A stretch of DNA of 64,000 bases from Camelus ferus (taxonomy: Eukaryota), in contig NC_045697.1 in the NCBI RefSeq assembly GCF_009834535.1, positions 119,724,001-119,788,000 on the forward strand, given 5' to 3'. Made by a program: the position numbers and the translations under genes. Below are positions 8,733 through 21,700 of this stretch, in pieces. The notes under the pieces are model-generated. The model had not been told where the DNA came from. It made no database searches and worked only from the letters and a program-made list of their open reading frames with translations. Positions within the stretch are counted from its first letter, which is position 1, and every line of letters begins with the position of its first letter.

Positions 8733-11700
8733 TTTGTGTGTCTGATGGAGATGGGTAAAAAAACTCCAAGCATGTATCATGGGGCTTAGGTGTTCCAAGG
8801 CTGTGGGACGTCGGAAAATTACCTCAAATTCTCATGTGGAGTAACTTGATGCTGCTATGAATTACAGCCAAGCCCACAGTTTTACCTAGCAGACAGGCCT
8901 GTGAAAACACTCACGGAAAAAAAATACTGATGCTACCAGAACACAGGCGCTGCTGAAATTTGTAGAATCCTCCCCACACTCAGGATAGCAGAACAAATTT
9001 TTGTGTGTGTGATGGTGTAGGAAAATACACTCCAGGCATGTTTCTGGGGGTACAACTGTTCCCAGGATGGGAGATGTCGCCTAATTACCTCCTCTTCCAA
9101 TGGGGAGGCACTCTATACTTCTTCGCTTTCCAGTCCAAATCCCAGCTTTCGTTTAAAGCCTGGCCTAAGAAAAAACCTTGGGATGACATTATTAGTGATT
9201 CTATAAGAAACCCCGCTCTGCTGCCTGTTGGAGGTACAACACACACTCAAAATTTCGGAACATGGCTTTGCATGGTGTAGGTGTGGATACCAACACCACA
9301 AGATGCCTGGGGGCACAGTTTCTCTCTGTCTGGGAGAATGTCGCTAATTACATCTACAGTCAATTTCTGGGCAATCCTGGCTACTTAGCTTTCCAGCCGA
9401 ACCCCCAGTTTCCCACGCAGCCCACCCTAGAAAACACACAGAGTTTATAAGCTAGTGGTCTATTGGAACCCAGTCACTGCAGACCGTTGTAGGAAGCTCC
9501 GCACACGCAGGATAACAGAACACTCTTTTGTGTCTGATTGAGATGTTAAAAACTCCACGCATATTTCTTGGGGTACAGGTTTTCCTAGGATGGGGGAGAT
9601 CAGATTATTCCCATTAATGCCCATGTGGAGGTAATCGTTCCTGCTTGGAATTACATCCCATCCCCCAGTTTCCCTTGCAACCAAGTCAGAGAAAGCAGTC
9701 AGGAAATTTAGCTAAAATTTCTATTAGAACCCAGGCGCTGCTGAAATTTGAAGAAACCTCCCCATACACAGGGTAACAGAACACTTCTTTGTGTGTGTGA
9801 TGGAGTAGGAAAACACACGCCATGCATGTTTCTGGGGTGCAGGTGTAACCAGGTTGTGAGTCGTTGGCTAAGTATCTCCATAGCCCATGGGTAGGCACTC
9901 TGTTTTTTTCGTTTTCCAGCCCTATTCCCATCTTTCCATTGCAGCCCGGGTTAGGAAAACACCCAGGGATGACAAACTAAGTGATTCTATCAGAACCCCG
10001 GCGCTGCTGTCTGTTCGAGGAACCTCCACAGACAGAGGATTAACAAATAGTTCTTTGCTTGGGGGAATTGTGAAGCCCCACTCCACACACATGACTGAGG
10101 GCACAAGTTTTTCCCTTTTAGTTAGAAGTCCGCTAATTACCTCTACAGACCGTCGTGGGGCACTCGCTACTACTTGGATTCCCATCCCAACCCCAAGTTT
10201 CCCTTGAAGCCCGGCCTGGGGAAACACACAGGGAAAAGTCTCTACTGGTGCTATTAGAACACATGCGCTGCTGACAAATTTGGAAACCTTCGAACACTCA
10301 GGATTACAGAACACATCTTTCTGTGTGTGATGGAGTAGTAAACCACACTCCAGGCATTTTTCTGGGGATCCAGTTTTTCCCAGGTTGGGAGATGTCGGCT
10401 AGATTCCTTCACTGCCCATTGGGATACACTGACTTCTTCATTTTCAAGCCCAACTCCCAACTTTCCCTTGCATCCCGGTCTTGGATTATACCCAGGGATG
10501 ACAGTCTACGTGATTTTATCAGAGCTACGATGCTGCTGTCTTTTTTAGGAACTTCCAGACACTTAGGATTCTGGATCACTGCTATGCTTGGGGGTAGTTT
10601 GGAGACCCACACCACAGAGATGGCTGGGGGCACAGGTTTTTCCCTGTTAGGGAGATGTCCGCTAATTACCTCCACAGTCCATCTCGGGTCACTCGCTGCT
10701 ACATGGCTTTCCAGCGCAAGCGCAGCATTCCCTCGCAGGCCGGCCTGGGAAAACAATCAGGGATAATAAGCCAGTGGTTCTATTGGAACCCAGGTGCTGC
10801 AGAACATTGTAGGATACTCCCCACACCTAGGAAATTTGAACACTTCTTTGTGTGTCTCGAAGTTTTGTAAACAATCTCCACGAGAGTTTCAGGGTGTTAA
10901 GGTGTTCCTAGTTAGTGGGAGTTCGGGTAATAACCTCCAATGCCCATGGGAGGGACTCGATCCTGCTTGGCTTTCTAGCCCAACCCCCAGAATTCCCTCT
11001 CAGCCCGGCCTGGGAAAACACTCAGGGATAATATGCTATTGGTTGTATTGGAACCCAGTCGCTACCTATCGTTGTAGGCTCATTCCCACATCTGGGATAG
11101 CAGCAGAAACCTTTGTGTGTCTGATGGAAATGGGTAAACAAACTCCACGCATGTTTCAGGGGGCACAGTTGTTCCAAGGCTCTGGTACGTCGGAAAATTA
11201 CCTCAAAATCTCATGGGGGTTTCTCGCTCCTGCTACGAATTACAGCCAAACCCACAGTTTACCTCACAGCTAGGCGTGTGAAAACACTCACGGAAAAGAA
11301 AATACTGGTACTATTAGAACCCAGGCGCTGCTGATATTTGTAGAATCCTATCCACACTCAGGATAGCAGAACACATCTTTGTGTGTGTGATGGTGTACAA
11401 AATTACACTCCAGGCATATTTCTGGGGGTACAGCTGTTCCCAGGTTTGGAGATGTCGCCTAATTACCTCCACTGCCAATGGGGAAGCAATCTATACTTCT
11501 TCGCTTTGCAGACCATCTCCCAAATTTCCCTTACAGCCTGGCCTAAGAAAACACCTAGGGATGACAATGTTAGTGATTCCATCAGAAACACAGCGCTGCT
11601 GTCTGTTGGAGGTACAGCAAAGACTCAAAATTCCGGAGCAAGAATTTGCTTGGGGGAGGTGTGGAGCCCCCCACCACACAGAGGACAGGGGTCACAGAAT

Positions 11701-13764
11701 TTCCTTGTTTATGAGAAGCCTGCTAATTACCTCTACAGTCTATCTCTGGGCACTCGTTGCTACTTGGCTTTCCAGCCGAACCCCCAACTTTCCCTCGCTG
11801 CCCGCCCTGGAAAACACTTCAGAGATAATAAGTTAATGGTTCTATTGGAACACAAGCACTGCAGACCGTTGAAGTAACCTCCGCACACGCAGGATAACAG
11901 AAAAATTTTTTTGTGTCTCATTGAGATGGTAAAAGATCCACACATATTTCAGGGTTTACTGGTGTTCCTAGGTTGTGGGAGGTCAGATACATCCCACTAC
12001 AGCCCATGGGGAAGTACTCGCTCCTGCTTGGCTTTCCAGCCCATCCCCCTGTTTCCTTTGCATCCCAGCCTGAGAAAACAATCAGAAAATGTAGCTAAAG
12101 GTTCTATCAAAACCCCGGTGCTGCCATCTGTTGTAGGAAAATCCACAAACACAGGATTCCCAAACACGGCTTTGCTTGGAAGAGTTTAGAAGCCCCAATT
12201 CACACACATGCCTGGGGGCACAAGTTTTTCCCTTTTAGGGCCAAGTCTGCTAATTACCTCCATAGTCCATCTCGGGGCACTCGTAGCTACTTGGATTCCC
12301 AGCCCAACACACATTTATCCCTTGCAAAACGGCCTGGGGTAACACAGAAGGAAAAGAAGCTATTGGTGCTATTCGAACCTATGTACTGCTGACAAATATG
12401 GAAACTTTCGAAAAATCAGGATAACAGAACATATCTTTCTGTGTGTGATGGAGTAGGAAAACACACTCCAGGCATTTTTCTGTGGATCCAGGTTTTCCCA
12501 GGATGGGAGATGTCGGCTAGATTCCTTCAGTGCCCATGGGGTGGCACTGTCTTCTTCTTCGTATTCAAGCCCAACTCCCAGCTTTCCCTTGCAGCCCGGA
12601 CAAGTGAAACACCCATGCATGACAAATAAGTGATTCTATCAGAACCCTGACTTTGCGGTCTGTTGGAGGAACCTCCAAACCTTCAGGATTCTGGAACACG
12701 TCTTTGAGTGTGGGGAGTTGTGGAACCCCAATCCACGCAGATGGAAGGGGTCACAGATTTGTCCCTGTTAGGGAGAAGTCCGCTAATTACCTCCACAGTG
12801 CATCTTCGGGCACTCGCTGCTTCTTAGATTTTCAGTCTATCCCCAAGTTTTCTCTTGCAGCACGGCCTTGTAAAACACTCAGTGATAATAAGCTAGGTTT
12901 CTATTGGAACCCAGGTGCTGCTGACAATTGTAGGGAACTCCCCACTCTCAGAATAACAGAACAATACTTTGAGTGTCTGATTTAGATGGGTAAAATAAAT
13001 CCACGCATGTTTCAAGATGTATAGGCGTTCATAGTATGTGGAAGTTCGGATATTTACATCCACTGTCCATGGGTAGTCCCTTGCAGTTGCTTGGATTCCA
13101 GCCAAAACCCCAGCGTTCCCTCGCATCCCGGCCTGTGAAAACACTCAGAGAAATAAAGCTAAAGTATCTATAAGATCTAAGGCGCTCCTGACAGTTGTAG
13201 AAACCTCCCTACACTAAGGAATACAGAACAAATCTTTGTGGGTGTGATGGAGTAGGAAAACACATTAAGGCATGTCTCTGTGGTGCAGGTGTTCGCAGGA
13301 TGGGAAATGTTGGCTAATCACCTCCAATGCCCATGGGGAAGCACTCTCTTCTTCTTCGATATCCAGCCCTAATCCTAGCATTCCCTTGCAGCCCGACCGT
13401 GGAAAACACCCAGGGATGACAAACTAAATCTTTCTATCAGAACCAGGACGCTGCTGTATGTTGGAGGAACCTCCAAACACTCAGGATTCCGGAACATGGA
13501 TTTGCTTGGTGCGAATTTTGAAGCCCCACAGCACACTCATTGCTGGGGCCCAAGATTTTCCGTTTTAGGGCCAAGTCCGCTAATTACCTCCAATGTCCAT
13601 CTCGGGGAACTGGCTTCTACATGAATTTCCAGCCCAAACCCAAGCTTTCCCTCGCAGTCCGGCCTGGGAAACACACAGGGAAAGTATGTTATTGGTTGTA
13701 ATGGAACCCAGTCTCTACCTACTGTTGTAGGAACCTTCCCACATGTAGGATAAAAGAAGAAACA
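8733..13764. repeat. 19-mer HOR copy 1 (5,032 bp; 9-mer C1 A1 B1 C2 A2 B2 A3 Bx Cx + 10-mer C1 A1 B1 C2/A2 B2 A3 B3 C3 A5 B5)
   Basis: The marker TTTGTGTGTCTGATGGAGATGGGTAAAAAAACTCC occurs at 8733, 13765, 18798 and 23833. Homologous ORF starts recur at 9005/14038/19071/24105, and identical 97-aa translations at 8505/13537/18570/23605. The homology extends upstream to about 8400. Confidence 0.95.
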
Positions 13765-16700
13765 TTTGTGTGTCTGATGGAGATGGGTAAAAAAACTCCA
13801 AGCATGTATCATGGGGCTTAGGTGTTCCAAGGCTGTGGGACGTCGGAAAATTACCTCAAATTCTCATGTGGAGTAACTTGATGCTGCTATGAATTACAGC
13901 CAAGCCCACAGTTTTACCTAGCAGACAGGCCTGTGAAAACACTCACGGAAAAAAAAATACTGATGCTACCAGAACACAGGCGCTGCTGAAATTTGTAGAA
14001 TCCTCCCCACACTCAGGATAGCAGAACAAATTTTTGTGTGTGTGATGGTGTAGGAAAATACACTCCAGGCATGTTTCTGGGGGTACAACTGTTCCCAGGA
14101 TGGGAGATGTCGCCTAATTACCTCCTCTTCCAATGGGGAGGCACTCTATACTTCTTCGCTTTCCAGTCCAAATCCCAGCTTTCGTTTAAAGCCTGGCCTA
14201 AGAAAAAACCTTGGGATGACATTATTAGTGATTCTATAAGAAACCCCGCTCTGCTGCCTGTTGGAGGTACAACACACACTCAAAATTTCGGAACATGGCT
14301 TTGCATGGTGTAGGTGTGGATACCAACACCACAAGATGCCTGGGGGCACAGTTTCTCTCTGTCTGGGAGAATGTCGCTAATTACATCTACAGTCAATTTC
14401 TGGGCAATCCTGGCTACTTAGCTTTCCAGCCGAACCCCCAGTTTCCCACGCAGCCCACCCTAGAAAACACACAGAGTTTATAAGCTAGTGGTCTATTGGA
14501 ACCCAGTCACTGCAGACCGTTGTAGGAAGCTCCGCACACGCAGGATAACAGAACACTGTTTTGTGTCTGATTGAGATGTTAAAAACTCCACGCATATTTC
14601 TTGGGGTACAGGTTTTCCTAGGATGGGGGAGATCAGATTATTCCCATTAATGCCCATGTGGAGGTAATCGTTCCTGCTTGGAATTACATCCCATCCCCCA
14701 GTTTCCCTTGCAACCAAGTCAGAGAAAGCAGTCAGGAAATTTAGCTAAAATTTCTATTAGAACCCAGGCGCTGCTGAAATTTGAAGAAACCTCCCCATAC
14801 ACAGGGTAACAGAACACTTCTTTGTGTGTGTGATGGAGTAGGAAAACACACGCCATGCATGTTTCTGGGGTGCAGGTGTAACCAGGTTGTGAGTCGTTGG
14901 CTAAGTATCTCCATAGCCCATGGGTAGGCACTCTGTTTTTTTCGTTTTCCAGCCCTATTCCCATCTTTCCATTGCAGCCCGGGTTAGGAAAACACCCAGG
15001 GATGACAAACTAAGTGATTCTATCAGAACCCCGGCGCTGCTGTCTGTTCGAGGAACCTCCACAGACAGAGGATTAACAAATAGTTCTTTGCTTGGGGGAA
15101 TTGTGAAGCCCCACTCCACACACATGACTGAGGGCACAAGTTTTTCCCTTTTAGTTAGAAGTCCGCTAATTACCTCTACAGACCGTCGTGGGGCACTCGC
15201 TACTACTTGGATTCCCATCCCAACCCCAAGTTTCCCTTGAAGCCCGGCCTGGGGAAACACACAGGGAAAAGTCTCTACTGGTGCTATTAGAACACATGCG
15301 CTGCTGACAAATTTGGAAACCTTCGAACACTCAGGATTACAGAACACATCTTTCTGTGTGTGATGGAGTAGTAAACCACACTCCAGGCATTTTTCTGGGG
15401 ATCCAGTTTTTCCCAGGTTGGGAGATGTCGGCTAGATTCCTTCACTGCCCATTGGGATACATTGACTTCTTCATTTTCAAGCCCAACTCCCAACTTTCCC
15501 TTGCATCCCGGTCTTGGATTATACCCAGGGATGACAGTCTACGTGATTTTATCAGAGCTACGATGCTGCTGTCTTTTTTAGGAACTTCCAGACACTTAGG
15601 ATTCTGGATCACTGCTATGCTTGGGGGTAGTTTGGAGACCCACACCACAGAGATGGCTGGGGGCACAGGTTTTTCCCTGTTAGGGAGATGTCCGCTAATT
15701 ACCTCCACAGTCCATCTCGGGTCACTCGCTGCTACATGGCTTTCCAGCGCAAGCGCAGCATTCCCTCGCAGGCCGGCCTGGGAAAACAATCAGGGATAAT
15801 AAGCCAGTGGTTCTATTGGAACCCAGGTGCTGCAGAACATTGTAGGATACTCCCCACACCTAGGAAATTTGAACACTTCTTTGTGTGTCTCGAAGTTTTG
15901 TAAACAATCTCCACGAGAGTTTCAGGGTGTTAAGGTGTTCCTAGTTAGTGGGAGTTCGGGTAATAACCTCCAATGCCCATGGGAGGGACTCGATCCTGCT
16001 TGGCTTTCTAGCCCAACCCCCAGAATTCCCTCTCAGCCCGGCCTGGAAGACACTCAGGGATAATATGCTATTGGTTGTATTGGAACCCAGTCGCTACCTA
16101 TCGTTGTAGGCTCATTCCCACATCTGGGATAGCAGCAGAAACCTTTGTGTGTCTGATGGAAATGGGTAAACAAACTCCACGCATGTTTCAGGGGGCACAG
16201 TTGTTCCAAGGCTCTGGTACGTCGGAAAATTACCTCAAAATCTCATGGGGGTTTCTCGCTCCTGCTACGAATTACAGCCAAACCCACAGTTTACCTCACA
16301 GCTAGGCGTGTGAAAACACTCACGGAAAAGAAAATACTGGTACTATTAGAACCCAGGCGCTGCTGATATTTGTAGAATCCTATCCACACTCAGGATAGCA
16401 GAACACATCTTTGTGTGTGTGATGGTGTACAAAATTACACTCCAGGCATATTTCTGGGGGTACAGCTGTTCCCAGGTTTGGAGATGTCGCCTAATTACCT
16501 CCACTGCCAATGGGGAAGCAATCTATACTTCTTCGCTTTGCAGACCATCTCCCAAATTTCCCTTACAGCCTGGCCTAAGAAAACACCTAGGGATGACAAT
16601 GTTAGTGATTCCATCAGAAACACAGCGCTGCTGTCTGTTGGAGGTACAGCAAAGACTCAAAATTCCGGAGCAAGAATTTGCTTGGGGGAGGTGTGGAGCC

Positions 16701-18797
16701 CCCCACCACACAGAGGACAGGGGTCACAGAATTTCCTTGTTTATGAGAAGTCCTGCTAATTACCTCTACAGTCTATCTCTGGGCACTCGTTGCTACTTGG
16801 CTTTCCAGCCGAACCCCCAACTTTCCCTCGCTGCCCGCCCTGGAAAACACTTCAGAGATAATAAGTTAATGGTTCTATTGGAACACAAGCACTGCAGACC
16901 GTTGAAGTAACCTCCGCACACGCAGGATAACAGAAAAATTTTTTTGTGTCTCATTGAGATGGTAAAAGATCCACACATATTTCAGGGTTTACTGGTGTTC
17001 CTAGGTTGTGGGAGGTCAGATACATCCCACTACAGCCCATGGGGAAGTACTCGCTCCTGCTTGGCTTTCCAGCCCATCCCCCTGTTTCCTTTGCATCCCA
17101 GCCTGAGAAAACAATCAGAAAATGTAGCTAAAGGTTCTATCAAAACCCCGGTGCTGCCATCTGTTGTAGGAAAATCCACAAACACAGGATTCCCAAACAC
17201 GGCTTTGCTTGGAAGAGTTTAGAAGCCCCAATTCACACACATGCCTGGGGGCACAAGTTTTTCCCTTTTAGGGCCAAGTCTGCTAATTACCTCCATAGTC
17301 CATCTCGGGGCACTCGTAGCTACTTGGATTCCCAGCCCAACACACATTTATCCCTTGCAAAACGGCCTGGGGTAACACAGAAGGAAAAGAAGCTATTGGT
17401 GCTATTCGAACCTATGTACTGCTGACAAATATGGAAACTTTCGAAAAATCAGGATAACAGAACATATCTTTCTGTGTGTGATGGAGTAGGAAAACACACT
17501 CCAGGCATTTTTCTGTGGATCCAGGTTTTCCCAGGATGGGAGATGTCGGCTAGATTCCTTCAGTGCCCATGGGGTGGCACTGTCTTCTTCTTCGTATTCA
17601 AGCCCAACTCCCAGCTTTCCCTTGCAGCCCGGACAAGTGAAACACCCATGCATGACAAATAAGTGATTCTATCAGAACCCTGACTTTGCGGTCTGTTGGA
17701 GGAACCTCCAAACCTTCAGGATTCTGGAACACGTCTTTGAGTGTGGGGAGTTGTGGAACCCCAATCCACGCAGATGGAAGGGGTCACAGATTTGTCCCTG
17801 TTAGGGAGAAGTCCGCTAATTACCTCCACAGTGCATCTTCGGGCACTCGCTGCTTCTTAGATTTTCAGTCTATCCCCAAGTTTTCTCTTGCAGCACGGCC
17901 TTGTAAAACACTCAGTGATAATAAGCTAGGTTTCTATTGGAACCCAGGTGCTGCTGACAATTGTAGGGAACTCCCCACTCTCAGAATAACAGAACAATAC
18001 TTTGAGTGTCTGATTTAGATGGGTAAAATAAATCCACGCATGTTTCAAGATGTATAGGCGTTCATAGTATGTGGAAGTTCGGATATTTACATCCACTGTC
18101 CATGGGTAGTCCCTTGCAGTTGCTTGGATTCCAGCCAAAACCCCAGCGTTCCCTCGCATCCCGGCCTGTGAAAACACTCAGAGAAATAAAGCTAAAGTAT
18201 CTATAAGATCTAAGGCGCTCCTGACAGTTGTAGAAACCTCCCTACACTAAGGAATACAGAACAAATCTTTGTGGGTGTGATGGAGTAGGAAAACACATTA
18301 AGGCATGTCTCTGTGGTGCAGGTGTTCGCAGGATGGGAAATGTTGGCTAATCACCTCCAATGCCCATGGGGAAGCACTCTCTTCTTCTTCGATATCCAGC
18401 CCTAATCCTAGCATTCCCTTGCAGCCCGACCGTGGAAAACACCCAGGGATGACAAACTAAATCTTTCTATCAGAACCAGGACGCTGCTGTATGTTGGAGG
18501 AACCTCCAAACACTCAGGATTCCGGAACATGGATTTGCTTGGTGCGAATTTTGAAGCCCCACAGCACACTCATTGCTGGGGCCCAAGATTTTCCGTTTTA
18601 GGGCCAAGTCCGCTAATTACCTCCAATGTCCATCTCGGGGAACTGGCTTCTACATGAATTTCCAGCCCAAACCCAAGCTTTCCCTCGCAGTCCGGCCTGG
18701 GAAACACACAGGGAAAGTATGTTATTGGTTGTAATGGAACCCAGTCTCTACCTACTGTTGTAGGAACCTTCCCACATGTAGGATAAAAGAAGAAACA
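13765..18797. repeat. 19-mer HOR copy 2 (5,033 bp)
   Basis: Near-identical to copy 1 at an offset of 5,032-5,033; only a handful of substitutions and 1-bp indels seen by eye. Confidence 0.95.
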
Positions 18798-21700
18798 TTT
18801 GTGTGTCTGATGGAGATGGGTAAAAAAACTCCAAGCATGTATCATGGGGCTTAGGTGTTCCAAGGCTGTGGGACGTCGGAAAATTACCTCAAATTCTCAT
18901 GTGGAGTAACTTGATGCTGCTATGAATTACAGCCAAGCCCACAGTTTTACCTAGCAGACAGGCCTGTGAAAACACTCACGGAAAAAAAAATACTGATGCT
19001 ACCAGAACACAGGCGCTGCTGAAATTTGTAGAATCCTCCCCACACTCAGGATAGCAGAACAAATTTTTGTGTGTGTGATGGTGTAGGAAAATACACTCCA
19101 GGCATGTTTCTGGGGGTACAACTGTTCCCAGGATGGGAGATGTCGCCTAATTACCTCCTCTTCCAATGGGGAGGCACTCTATACTTCTTCGCTTTCCAGT
19201 CCAAATCCCAGCTTTCGTTTAAAGCCTGGCCTAAGAAAAAACCTTGGGAATGACATTATTAGTGATTCTATAAGAAACCCCGCTCTGCTGCCTGTTGGAG
19301 GTACAACACACACTCAAAATTTCGGAACATGGCTTTGCATGGTGTAGGTGTGGATACCAACACCACAAGATGCCTGGGGGCACAGTTTCTCTCTGTCTGG
19401 GAGAATGTCGCTAATTACATCTACAGTCAATTTCTGGGCAATCCTGGCTACTTAGCTTTCCAGCCGAACCCCCAGTTTCCCACGCAGCCCACCCTAGAAA
19501 ACACACAGAGTTTATAAGCTAGTGGTCTATTGGAACCCAGTCACTGCAGACCGTTGTAGGAAGCTCCGCACACGCAGGATAACAGAACACTGTTTTGTGT
19601 CTGATTGAGATGTTAAAAACTCCACGCATATTTCTTGGGGTACAGGTTTTCCTAGGATGGGGGAGATCAGATTATTCCCATTAATGCCCATGTGGAGGTA
19701 ATCGTTCCTGCTTGGAATTACATCCCATCCCCCAGTTTCCCTTGCAACCAAGTCAGAGAAAGCAGTCAGGAAATTTAGCTAAAATTTCTATTAGAACCCA
19801 GGCGCTGCTGAAATTTGAAGAAACCTCCCCATACACAGGGTAACAGAACACTTCTTTGTGTGTGTGATGGAGTAGGAAAACACACGCCATGCATGTTTCT
19901 GGGGTGCAGGTGTAACCAGGTTGTGAGTCGTTGGCTAAGTATCTCCATAGCCCATGGGTAGGCACTCTGTTTTTTTCGTTTTCCAGCCCTATTCCCATCT
20001 TTCCATTGCAGCCCGGGTTAGGAAAACACCCAGGGATGACAAACTAAGTGATTCTATCAGAACCCCGGCGCTGCTGTCTGTTCGAGGAACCTCCACAGAC
20101 AGAGGATTAACAAATAGTTCTTTGCTTGGGGGAATTGTGAAGCCCCACTCCACACACATGACTGAGGGCACAAGTTTTTCCCTTTTAGTTAGAAGTCCGC
20201 TAATTACCTCTACAGACCGTCGTGGGGCACTCGCTACTACTTGGATTCCCATCCCAACCCCAAGTTTCCCTTGAAGCCCGGCCTGGGGAAACACACAGGG
20301 AAAAGTCTCTACTGGTGCTATTAGAACACATGCGCTGCTGACAAATTTGGAAACCTTCGAACACTCAGGATTACAGAACACATCTTTCTGTGTGTGATGG
20401 AGTAGTAAACCACACTCCAGGCATTTTTCTGGGGATCCAGTTTTTCCCAGGTTGGGAGATGTCGGCTAGATTCCTTCACTGCCCATTGGGATACACTTGA
20501 CTTCTTCATTTTCAAGCCCAACTCCCAACTTTCCCTTGCATCCCGGTCTTGGATTATACCCAGGGATGACAGTCTACGTGATTTTATCAGAGCTACGATG
20601 CTGCTGTCTTTTTTAGGAACTTCCAGACACTTAGGATTCTGGATCACTGCTATGCTTGGGGGTAGTTTGGAGACCCACACCACAGAGATGGCTGGGGGCA
20701 CAGGTTTTTCCCTGTTAGGGAGATGTCCGCTAATTACCTCCACAGTCCATCTCGGGTCACTCGCTGCTACATGGCTATCCAGCGCAAGCGCAGCATTCCC
20801 TCGCAGGCCGGCCTGGGAAAACAATCAGGGATAATAAGCCAGTGGTTCTATTGGAACCCAGGTGCTGCAGAACATTGTAGGATACTCCCCACACCTAGGA
20901 AATTTGAACACTTCTTTGTGTGTCTCGAAGTTTTGTAAACAACCTCCACGAGAGTTTCAGGGTGTTAAGGTGTTCCTAGTTAGTGGGAGTTCGGGTAATA
21001 ACCTCCAATGCCCATGGGAGGGACTCGATCCTGCTTGGCTTTCTAGCCCAACCCCCAGAATTCCCTCTCAGCCCGGCCTGGAAGACACTCAGGGATAATA
21101 TGCTATTGGTTGTATTGGAACCCAGTCGCTACCTATCGTTGTAGGCTCATTCCCACATCTGGGATAGCAGCAGAAACCTTTGTGTGTCTGATGGAAATGG
21201 GTAAACAAACTCCACGCATGTTTCAGGGGGCACAGTTGTTCCAAGGCTCTGGTACGTCGGAAAATTACCTCAAAATCTCATAGGGGTTTCTCGCTCCTGC
21301 TACGAATTACAGCCAAACCCACAGTTTACCTCACAGCTAGGCTGTGTGAAACACTCACGGAAAAGAAAATACTGGTACTATTAGAACCCAGGCGCTGCTG
21401 ATATTTGTAGAATCCTATCCACACTCAGGATAGCAGAACACATCTTTGTGTGTGTGATGGTGTACAAAATTACACTCCAGGCATATTTCTGGGGCTACAG
21501 CTGTTCCCAGGTTTGGAGATGTCGCCTAATTACCTCCACTGCCAATGGGGAAGCAATCTATACTTCTTCGCTTTGCAGACCATCTCCCAAATTTCCCTTA
21601 CAGCCTGGCCTAAGAAAACACCTAGGGATGACAATGTTAGTGATTCCATCAGAAACACAGCGCTGCTGTCTGTTGGAGGTACAGCAAAGACTCAAAATTC

